A stretch of 63,231 nt of DNA, counting the filler, from Aduncisulcus paluster (taxonomy: Eukaryota), in NCBI GenBank assembly GCA_024181965.1. It is 8 parts of 8 records of this genome, joined end to end, with 100 filler letters (N's around TTAATTAATTAA, not from the genome) between each part and the next. Parts side by side here need not be neighbours in the genome. Positions count along the whole stretch, not along the records: positions 1 to 18,294 come from BQXS01011705.1; 7 more parts are not named here. The stretch is one strand, 5' to 3'. Under the pieces are notes generated by a model that saw only the letters and a list, made by a program, of their open reading frames with translations, did not search any database and was not told where the DNA came from. Positions 1 through 10,700 of this stretch are shown piece after piece (position 1 is the first letter of the stretch; each line of letters opens with the position of its first letter). The position numbers were made by a program, and so were the translations under genes.

Positions 1-1
1 A

Positions 2-541
2 GTGGAAAGTGCACTTGAAAGTGTTCCAAAACCATCTGAACAAGATAGCTTTGATAAGTTCCACGAAGTGATGGGGTCTTTCCACAAGCAGGCTGTTCTC
101 TCTGTTTCAAGTGTTAAAGAGGATCTTGACACCATTGAGGAAGATCACCGGAAAACATCAGAGGCGTTTGGAGAAATTCCCTCGAAATTTCCCCTTGATG
201 AAATGATTTTGATGATGATTGGTTTCGTGAATGAAATCAAATCCAATATCCAACAAATCGCTGCGGACAAGGAAAAGGAGAAAAAGATAGCAAAGAAAAA
301 AGAAGAAAAGAAAGAAGAAGCAGAAAAAGCACTATCCACATCTCTTGAAGAAGAGAAAAGTCAACAGCCCAAACAACCTGAATCTCCCACAAGTGTTGCT
401 CCCGTTTCTCTTGCTGCCTTTTCTCATAAGAAGAAGAAAGGAAAAGAAGGGGTTCTTGACGAGTTTATGAAAGGAAAGGTTGGAAAAGGAGGAGTTAAGA
501 TTGTGGCTCAAACAATCCAATTAAGAAGGAAGAGAAAATAA
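2..541 (+). CDS. Diaphanous-related formin, C-terminal fragment (end of FH2 domain plus DAD-like motif); 5'-partial
   Basis: DKFHEVMGSF...AFGEIPSKFPLDEMILMMIGFVNEI fits the last FH2 helices (DkF..m..F / FGE...eeff..f..F); followed by a charged helix, then EGVLDEFM and a basic RRKRK tail resembling the DAD motif. Confidence 0.72.
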   Translation: MESALESVPKPSEQDSFDKFHEVMGSFHKQAVLSVSSVKEDLDTIEEDHRKTSEAFGEIPSKFPLDEMILMMIGFVNEIKSNIQQIAADKEKEKKIAKKKEEKKEEAEKALSTSLEEEKSQQPKQPESPTSVAPVSLAAFSHKKKKGKEGVLDEFMKGKVGKGGVKIVAQTIQLRRKRK

Positions 542-667
542 TTTGAAAAATAGTTGGTTAATTGTTGTCAATGATTCTGAGATAAATTATATGAATAAAC
601 CAAAAGTTCTCATGAGAGAATAGCACTGCCAAATTCATTTTTTTTTTTTTTCTGTTATTTAAAATTG

Positions 668-3600
668 ATGGATCTAAAATCTGATAGAATATGTACATTT
701 TCAAGTTTTGAACTCTGTGAAATTAAAGAAAAGCTTCTATGTTCAAAAGATTGCCCAGTAATGACATTCCAACAATTATACTCAGAGTTTTATTATTTTG
801 TTAATAATCGTGTTTTATCGGAGGTAGATTCATCGAACATTATTTATTTTAAAGAATTGATTCAAGTTTTGTCCATTGCTTCCTCAGCATTTCCAGAAAT
901 ATTTTCTAAGCTGTTTACACCGGATTGTGAAATTATATTCGGTTATTTTCCACAGTTCATGCAATTTTCAGAAATTTTTAATGAATTTTTATTGATATTA
1001 TGTAATATAGCTTGGGCAACTCCTTCTTTGCATCTTCAGATTGTTAAATTCTTTATTTGTCCTATTTTCATAACAAATGATATAAATAATATCCATAAAA
1101 CAAATATGAAACAATTTTGGGATTTAATTCTCATTGTTAACGATTCCATCCAATCTGAGACATCTCTTGACATTTTCCCATACATATTAGCACTTTTCTC
1201 GGATTATATTGTTATTGTAGAACAGTATTTTAAGTTTTGCGATCAATTTGATTCTGAATTTTTTATTCAATTGTCTTCATGTGTTGATTCATTTTCTGTT
1301 CCTGCCAACTTACCTTTTTCTCAACAAATGGATTTCAAAGAAGTGAATATTAAAGGAATTATTGATTGTATATGTGATCTAATTGACCTTATCTCATTGA
1401 GAATTGATGTTCAGGAGGATTTTGATTGGATTTTGCCGCTCTCATACATCCAAAATACTCTCATCCTCTTTCTTACCTTTTTTTCTGATGATTCCAATGT
1501 TTTAGATTCGATTGAAGAGAGTATATCAGTCTTAATTCGGTTTTTTGATCAATTTTCTCGTCATTTTCCAACCTTGACCGATTATCTCGACTATTTCAGG
1601 GTGAACATTTTCCCGCTTTTTAAATTTGTATTTGATTTAACTAAACATGCTCAATATGATTATTTAACACTTGATTTGTATAATATTACTCTTCGGTTTT
1701 ATGTTTTTAGATTATGGTCTGAAGCTCCTGAAAAAATTGAGTGGTTGTTTCCTTTCGACCTCCTTTTTGAGATTAAAGAAAGCTGGAAAAAATACTTGTT
1801 ATATATTCATAAAGTGAATATCCTGATGATTATCGAGGAATTGAGGATTGATATTGATTCTCTTGTTTCACAACTTGTTTCATTAATCCATCACGATGAC
1901 CCTGAAAAATATCGTTTCTTGATCTTATCTCTCAACAAAGATATATATTCTGTTTATGTATATATTCAAACCATCAGTGCTCTTATCAATCCATCCACCA
2001 CAATCAAAGAGAGAAAAGATATCATTGATTCCATCTCACAGCCTCTTGCTGAGATCATTCATCTAATTCATGGAATATCGTTTAAACATCGAACTCTATC
2101 AAATAAGTATTACGATTACTNNNNNNNNNNNNNNNNNNNNTGTATATATTCAAACCATCAGTGCTCTTATCAATCCATCCACCACAATCAAAGAGAGAAA
2201 AGATATCATTGATTCCATCTCACAGCCTCTTGCTGAGATCATTCATCTAATTCATGGAATATCGTTTAAACATCGAACTCTATCAAATAAGTATTACGAT
2301 TACTTTGCTGGAATTGTTCCTATTTCATGTAGAAAGAAGCCAAAAGATTTTGAAAAGTTAGCCAAATTTCCATATCGTGGATATCTACAAGCGTCAAATC
2401 TTAATAAGTTCTTCGTTTCGATTATTGAATTCATTTCCTCTGTATTTTCTAATTCTTTTCACTATTTCGATGTCAATTTGCTTTCCATATTTCCTTTCTT
2501 GTTTGGAACGACCTTGGATTTCTCGGAATTATCTTCATTCATGAAAATTATTGTAAATTGTTGCTTTGTAAGGAAAAAGCAAATTGGATATTCCGATGCA
2601 ATTCTATTATTTGTTTTGGATCAATTCGATTTGGCTCTGTCTTCTTTCTGGAGGAAAGGCATGGGTCATGAATTTCTTCATGAAATATTGGCTTGCCTTC
2701 AGAGCATTTTACTAATCTCGAAGAGAAACAAGTGGAAAGGAGTGATTTCCAAATGTTTTGGGATCTGTGTTGAATATTTTGATTGGATTCGTAAATTAAC
2801 AATGAATAATCCAACCGATGATAATTTATATGAGTTTTTTGCACTTTTTTCATCATTAGCGGATCCTTTTGTTTCTGAAATGATCGGTAACAATGCTTCT
2901 TTGATTGTATTTCAGTATTTTTCTCCATATTTATTTGAATGGATGTGTGACGAACAAATTGCTGTCTATCTCTCAGAGGTGATGCTAAGACTAGAAAAGG
3001 GTGTCCATTCTTCAAAGATTGAGTCTAAATTTGAATCAAAATCGTTGATATCCCCAAATTTGAGTATTATTACTAAAAATAGCCATGAAAGTTGCAATAT
3101 ATTTTGTCCAATTCCATCATACAATAGATTTCTATTGATCAGTAATTTTGTGGCTTTTCAGTGTAAATACTCGGCCAAAATATCTTTTTATGTTGAAACT
3201 ATCCCTTTTGTAAATAGTTTGATCTCATTAAATTGGTTTAATGATGTTTGTGCTTCGTGTGGGATTGATTCCGGGACAAATTTTCTCTCTCTCAATTTTG
3301 GGTTCATTTTTTTATTTATTCCGTATTCTTTGAATTATTTTCCTGAATTTTCAAACTTGAATCTGTATTCCCAATCAGATTGTGATCTAATTATGGATTT
3401 TTCAGGAAGATCTGGTGTGATGAAAACGTTTTATGGTGATCAAACTTCAAACTCCACTGTTATATTTCCTTGTCAACGGTGTTTTTACAAACCTATGATT
3501 TTCTCTCCATTTATTAGTTCATTTCCATCACCTTATTGCATTGTTTCTGATGGAAGCCATACCGATTCCATTCTAAAATTAGCATTAAGAGTCGGCCATA

Positions 3601-3878
3601 ATGTTGACGGGTCTATTTTTCAATGTTGTGACGGCCAAGTATCAATTGGAAATATTCAAGACATTTGTGTATGGGTCAGTGATTCAACTCGATTAAAAAT
3701 AACGGAATATCTTGATTCTATTTTGCAAGACTTTGTGTCTCACCTCTCCCTTGTGGACATTATTACAAAACACTGTGGACTGTGCTGTTCTGGGAGGACA
3801 AAAGAGAGGGGGAATCGTTTTATGATGTACAGATGTATAGACCTTTCTGGAGGATTCGTGGAAAGTCTATTTAAATAG
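668..3878 (+). CDS. Large hypothetical protein (~1000 aa), helical-repeat-like N-terminal part; split into two ORFs only by an assembly gap
   Basis: ORFs 665-2212 and 2070-3878 overlap through a ~164-nt duplication (1957-2120 = 2141-2304) around a 20-N gap; ATG at 668 follows a poly-T tract; L/I/F-rich amphipathic helices. Confidence 0.75.
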
Positions 3879-3890
3879 TGCAGATCAACG

Positions 3891-3945
3891 CTACTGTACT
3901 ATACTGTACTATACTACTCTATGGTACAGTACAGTAGTATAGTAG
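3891..3945. repeat. TACTG/TACTA pentamer repeat arranged as an inverted repeat between convergent stop codons
   Basis: TACTATACTACT (3907-3918) is the exact reverse complement of AGTAGTATAGTA (3933-3944); left arm TACTGTACTATACTGTACTA. Confidence 0.85.
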
Positions 3946-3971
3946 GTATTTAAGAATGATAAATATCAATT

Positions 3972-6027
3972 TTATTCTCCGGAAAATCTTCTCTTTCCTC
4001 TTTGGATTTTCTTATGAAATTCCTTCTTCTTCGCTTGTTTTATCTCCTTTTCTTTCCTCCTTGAATTAACAGCGACTCTTCTTTGCTCCTTTTGCTTCTT
4101 CAGGGCCTTTTCATCTGAAATCCTTCGAAGCATTCCAAGTTGTGAAACCATTGTAACTTTTCTTCTCTCTATTTTGCTCAACCTTTCTCTCACTTGACGT
4201 TTCTTTGTCCAACTTTCCTTCCCTTGTTTAAGGTAAACCCGATCTTTATGTTGAGCAGGAAGATCTTTTTGGATAGATGCGGGAACAATAAAATCACTAA
4301 ATTGCTTCTCTTTTCGTTCAACTGGACGATACACACTATCTTTCTTGACGGGAATGGGAATGTTGCGCTCTAGACGGACCTGGGCAGTTGTCCTAGCCCC
4401 TTTCCAGCTCTCTGTGCCACCAACAAGAGCACTCGAGACGGGGTTATAAAACTTTCTAGGAATAATGGGGTACCATGTTCTCAAATTAATTATATCACTC
4501 ATTAGGATTCGATCCTCGAAGGTTGCACGAAACACACCGAACTCTTTGGCCTTAGCCTTGACTTTGGCTTTGAATGTTCTTGTATCTCCACTCTCAGCTT
4601 TTTTGATCTGTCCTCGAATTCCACTCACAGTCTTCAGTTTGGCACCAATAAACCTATTCACTTCACGCCTTGAATTGAACATTCCTTTCACAAGAGCAGT
4701 ATTACCACGAATTGACAGAGGATATCCAACTAATCGAAGTTTTTTCACAACACGACATTGTGCGCTGTGTGCTAAGATAGTTCCCGTCAGAGAAACACGG
4801 AAATGGGGTGAGTTCGAAGAAAGTGATTGGAATGCTATCATACCAGACGACGAAGGAGTCGATGGACCATAAAAATCAACATAACAATGCAGACGATTTG
4901 GAGTATACTTGATCATCCGATTCCTACCATTGGCATCTTCCATGGAGAACACAGGGATAGATTGGTATCGCCGCCAACCAACAGAAAAAATCATCGGATC
5001 ACCAGTTTTGAATATCTTGCTTCCACACCATCTGTGGCGAAGAATTCTGGCCTTCACATATCCCATTTGTTCCTCACCTGCGTTAATCCCACATACAAGA
5101 AGAGGATCACGATGATGAAAGTGGTCAAAGAACTCAGGAGGAATGGACTGGATTATAACCTTAACATAACACCCAGTTTCGAATCCTCTAACCTTCCTCA
5201 AGGTTTCAAGGTCCATAGTCTTGGCTTCTTCCTCTTGAATTTTGAGTTCAGCTTCTTTCCGAGCATTCTCTTTCTCTTCATATTCGTATTTAAGCCCTAA
5301 ATCGGCATCAGTGAACTGTGTGAAATCCTCGATATCATTTTCTATCTCTTCTTCTTTCTCTTCTTCTTTCTCTTCCTCCTCTTCTTCTTTCTCGACCTTC
5401 GCATGTTTCTTCTTCTTAAAGTCGAACATTCCCAAATTCTTTGACACCGATCCAATCATTTCATCCATTCCAAGATCAAATCCTAGATCATCCTCTTCCT
5501 GAGCAGATGACTTATCCCCGGTGACAAAACGATTTCTAATGGCTTCACAGCGCTCTCGATCCCATGATTCACGTAGTTCAGTGCCATCCTTTCCAATATG
5601 AACACAAAAGGCCCCATCTTGAATGAGAGAGTCGTACTTACTCACTCCAAAGTATGATGGGTCAATATAAGTCCAAGGATTCTTCTTCTTGGAGGAATCC
5701 TTCTTATGTTTCTCAATCTTTCCAACCATTGAGAGGAAAGCGTCAATCTCGTCTTCGTGACTCTCTGTCTTCTGAGTTTGATCAAGTGCATCGTCCATGG
5801 AATCGTAGACAACATCGTTGAGTGTTAAGGAGATGTGCTTCTCAGCTTCCATACTTTTTACATGAGAATGGATGTAAGAAGAAGCAGGAATAGAGAATCG
5901 AAGAGAGGATGGCTTCTTGGAAACCCTTCGTTCATCAATCGAGGTTTTGGACATCAGCTCAGTATGGTGGCTATTCTCAGTACTAATTGAAGAATATTCT
6001 TTTGACTCCTCTTCCTCTTCCTCTTCC

Positions 6028-6062
<35 letters not shown>

Positions 6063-7553
6063 TTCCTCTTCTTCTTCCTTTTCTTCTTCTTCTTCCTCAA
6101 AATCTTCTCGTAATTGATTCAATTCATCACCTAAGAGATCAACAATTGATTGCTTTGAATAATCTTGGCCAGAATCGGTGTGAGATGTCTTCGGATTCGA
6201 TGAAGAAGCAAATAGTTGAACCTGTTTATCCTTCGGTAGCGTCGATGACAGGGAGAACTCATCCTGGTCATCTATTCGACGTCTTCTCGACCTATCTTGA
6301 CGGTCTTGCTTCTCTTCCTTTTGGAGAATAGCCTTCAAAACAGAGGAGGTGCCCTCAGTAGATATTGGCATCAAATCGTCTCCATCATCCAGCTTCACAG
6401 AGATAAACACTGAATCGTCATCAATCTTAACTCCATCAACCTCACTATAAGGGGCATGAATAGTGGCTTGTTGTTTGAGTGATTGAGCCTTGCTAATCCT
6501 TTTCTTCTTCTTTCGTTGGATGGCCTTGGCATCTTCTTCTTCCCCAGATTCTTTTGATTGCTCAAGCTGCATATGTGAAAGAAGAGGGATAGGATCAGTG
6601 CACTCAACGATACTTGAGCACATATGATCTCCAACACCAGGGATGAACACACTGGTGCCAGGCTTGAAGTATGTTCCTCGGACCCATCCACGCATGCAAA
6701 CGGTTCGGTCAATACGTTCACCACGCTTGATTCCTGCAGAAATATCTTGAGGAGAAGTAATATCAGAAACATGATCAACGAGGAGATATGGATGAGTGGA
6801 TCGCCATGACAAAGGTTTATAGCGAAGTTGAGCAATAAAACGGGTGAGAAGTTTGATTTCACTATTCATATATAACCTTCCATGATGAAGACCGGACAGG
6901 AAAAAGCAATGTGCACCTGGAAATGTTTCACGCCAAAATCTTTCTTTAAGCTGGACTTTTCGCCTTTTAACCGCGTTGGAAGTTCTTAGTTGATCTAGAT
7001 GAGTAAATACAGCACCAATTTTAGGGAATCCATGTTGCTTAAGGATAGAGAGAAATTCAAACGTCTCCATTTCAAAGCCAAAGGCAGCATCGATAGCGAA
7101 AAGTACCAAATCGGCTGTTTTTGCAAGATCTAACATCGCAGAGATTTCATTTGGGCATTCAAAAAAAGTAATACGTTTTTTAGTATTCGCAATGACAGTA
7201 ATTGGTCCAACGGGATCTGGAATGGAATGTTTAGTATATTGTTTAATCAGAGATTTGATTAACAGGGTTTTTCCAACTCCTGAAGGTCCACATATTGCAA
7301 CAAGGTCGGGGGGGAGTACAGGAGATCTATTATCTATTTTTTCTGACTGAACACGCTTGTTTGCGATAGTAGCTCGTCTTTGGATCTCTCTTCGTAGCTT
7401 TGTCGCCGATTTAGCCGTTAAAAACGCCTAATAGAGGTGATTGGTGAATGATCGATAACAAATAAGCATAAAATAAATAAATAATCAAGAAAATATCATC
7501 AAGTGATTTACGTAATAAAGGAAACAGGGATAACATACTTTTTGATTCGGCAT
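3972..7553 (-). CDS. BMS1: Ribosome biogenesis GTPase BMS1; two exons (7553-7539 and 7427-3972)
   Basis: Spliced N-terminus MPNQK|AFLTAKSA...VAICGPSGVGKTLLIKSLIK (P-loop), MLDLAKTADLVL, GFEMETFEFL, HGFPK, GWRRYQSIP, GAKLKTVSGIRGQIKKA, FRATFEDRILMSDI are diagnostic Bms1 motifs; frame is open 97 codons upstream of the listed ORF. Confidence 0.97.
7428..7538 (-). other. Spliceosomal intron in BMS1 (111 nt, GTATGT...TAG, phase 0)
   Basis: Donor GTATGT after ATG CCG AAT CAA AAA; acceptor CTATTAG; AT-rich; removal yields NQKAF resembling the conserved Bms1 NPKAF motif. Confidence 0.88.
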
Positions 7554-7722
7554 ATTCGACTCAATCCAAGAAAAAAAACTAAAACTATTTTTTGGATGAA
7601 ATGAAGGTATGATGTTCTTATTATTTTAATAATTGTGTTTTTTGGAAAGTATTTTGCTTATATTTTCTATTTATTTTTCATTTATCCTCTCTTTCAATCC
7701 ATTTTGTCTTGTCCATCATATT

Positions 7723-10700
7723 ATGCCCTTGCTAGAAATGAATGGAACATATAAATCAAGGTTTCCTTTATTAAGAAGTTTTACCATTCAATTCTTATGC
7801 ATGCCAGGTGATGTATCTCCCAAATTTATACGAGAAAGTGCCAATCACTGTCTAAGAGCAACAATGCAAAGATTAATATTTTTATCGGAATCATCAGCAA
7901 TATATAGACCGCCAAAATCATTCCCACAACATTTTCAAAGAGAGTATACATATGTTTCACGAATGTTGATTTCTTCATTTTTGCCATATGCTACTGCGGT
8001 AAAAGGAAAGTTTTTATTCCCATTATCCCTGAGAGAATATATGTTAAATAATATTGATGCATATTCAGCACCCGAAACTCTTCTCGAACTTGGAGATATT
8101 TTTCTTAGTTTTGTGGAACAATTAAAACATCTTAATATATTTCCTTTGATTGGTAAAGATCAAATAGTTTATATTGTCCGTGCGATTTGCTTTTTTCTGA
8201 TTGTATCGATCAGTTATGAGAGAAATTTAGCTTCAAAATATGGAGCTGGGATTGTTGGTGCCCTTCAGTGTTTTATTCAGAGATTTTTGACAGTTTATAA
8301 AATGATTTTCTATATTCGAATGCATTCTCTTGATCAAATGCGTAGGATTCGACAAGGGCATCTCTCTCATGAAGGTGCTCCTCGTGAACGTATAAAACAC
8401 TTATATTCCTCCATTCCTCTCAGCTCCTTCAATCAAAATTCAACCATCTCGAAGTCAAAGCATGATAAACGAACGCCAAGAGCTGTTAAGATGTCATGCC
8501 AACGTCCTTGCTGTTGCTGTGGAGATCTAATTCCTATTTTTAGAAATAACAATAACAAAATTAAATATTGGACTCAATTAAAGCATTTTGCTGCATCAAA
8601 CTATTCTAACGTCTTATCTCCATCCTTTTTGATGATCGATGATAATGCTCTGGTGTGTGAAGTCTGTCTGTCAACTTGTAGGGCCATTTCTCTCGTTGTT
8701 CGATTATCTTTGGAAGCTGTAACAAATTTTGAACACATTGTTAGGAAAAATTTAAAAGAATTTTCTCGATTGGAACATGAAGGAGAATTAGGGAAGGGTA
8801 AAGGGTTCAAGTTATCAGGCTCTTCAGAAAGAAAGGATTTAAATGCCATCTCAAAGCCTCAAGATCTTTCTATTCCTGGTGATGATTGTTTCTNNNNNNN
8901 NNNNNNNNNNNNNTTTAGAAATAACAATAACAAAATTAAATATTGGACTCAATTAAAGCATTTTGCTGCATCAAACTATTCTAACGTCTTATCTCCATCC
9001 TTTTTGATGATCGATGATAATGCTCTGGTGTGTGAAGTCTGTCTGTCAACTTGTAGGGCCATTTCTCTCGTTGTTCGATTATCTTTGGAAGCTGTAACAA
9101 ATTTTGAACACATTGTTCGGAAAAATTTAAAAGAATTTTCTCGATTGGAACATGAAGGAGAATTAGGGAAGGGTAAAGGGTTCAAGTTATCAGGCTCTTC
9201 AGAAAGAAAGGATTTAAATGCCATCTCAAAGCCTCAAGATCTTTCTATTCCTGGTGATGATTGTTTCTCAAAATTCTATTCTTGTTTCCGACAAACTGTA
9301 CCCATCTCATCCATTTCTTTCCCAGATCGGATTCAACAATGTATTTCTCTTCTCATCAAGGTTGATACCTTATCATTTTCCATTGAGGATGCTCAATTCG
9401 TATTTAATGCATATTCTTACGCACATTCTTTTCTCTTTCGAAGCATATATGGGTCCAAGGAAGCTCGGACTGGATTGACTGAGAGATTCCATTTCATCCA
9501 GGAGCTTCAAAGGAACGTTATTCAATTTGTTCTGGAAAGTTTGCATCTTACAATTCATTATGTCCATCCTAGGACTGTTTTCAGACTATTTTCACACCTT
9601 ATCCCTTCCCTCAATTCTGCTTTTTCCTTTGAAGGTTTTCAATATGACCATTTCCAAATAATTCTCCTTGAAATAGCTTTTTCTATTTATAGATATTCAA
9701 ATACCGATCTTTTAGGATGGAGTGGACTGACTGCTTTGGATTCAAAATCTAAAAATAGATCTGTGAGAATATATCCTTCTTCTCAACCCGAATCCTATGA
9801 AGACCTTTCCGACGAAAGCGATACCGATTTTCTCATGTCTCCTGTGTTTAAAGGGTCGATCATTTCTTCCCCTTCACATATTTCTCACTCTAATCCAGCC
9901 TCTGTTATTTTTCTTAAGACGACCTTTCACAACCTTCCCAACACTTCATCCTCTCTTGTTCACCGAGCCCACATGCTGAATATGGAGATTATTCACTCTT
10001 TATCCAGGGTTCCCCAAGGTGTGTGTAATGTGGCAAGCAATTCTATCTGCCAATCGTTGTTTTCATCCATATTCTCAAAGATGTTTTTACGAAGGATGAG
10101 TTCATCCTTCCAATACGAACTAAAGGATCGGTATGAGAAACTATGCTTGTCTATTTTAAGAAATATTCTTTCCTCATACTATAGCAGAAAAAGCTTGTGT
10201 TCCAAAATGAGCATTCCATCCGTGCAAGAAATCATGAAAGGGTTTAAGATGAAGAATGTCGAGTTGCTTGATTTCTTGAAAGTATCTCGCCTGTCTCTTC
10301 GAGTGTGGACGGAACCATTGAGAATGTCTGATACTCTAAATTCTTCATTGGTTTTAGTGAAATCGAGAAGTTCAAAACTACCAAAAAGATTCAAAGTCAT
10401 CCTGTTAATCTCATTATTGGAACCTTTTCCGCTCTCCGTTGTTATAAAACCCCTATTATTTGTTCTATTGAAAAGAGAAAAGGAGATATTTTTAGAAATG
10501 AGAAAGATAGAATGTTCAAATTGGATCGAAGAAAGGAAATTACTCAAGTTGATTTCGGAGTGTGATGAAGAAAGAAAAATTCCGCCAGATCATCTTTTCC
10601 TGCCTTCTTCAAACCCTGAAAAAACAACTCCTAAATCTAAAAATAGAAAATCCAAAAATAGAATTCCCGGCGAAATTGATGCTTTTAACAAAGATTCCAT

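Noticed and set aside
541..665. Alternative genetic code (TAA/TAG = Gln)
   Set aside because: Conserved genes (BMS1, DRC10, CCDC113) are uninterrupted and end in TAA followed by AT-rich non-coding DNA
1957..2304. Internal gene duplications flanking 20-N gaps (also near 8894, 14791, 24359/24531, 36436, 50851)
   Set aside because: Near-identical sequence on both sides of fixed-size gaps indicates unmerged contig overlaps
4465..6862. Numerous short antisense or alternate-frame ORFs within BMS1 and other long genes
   Set aside because: Shadow ORFs from codon bias and GAA/TCT microsatellites; no independent motifs
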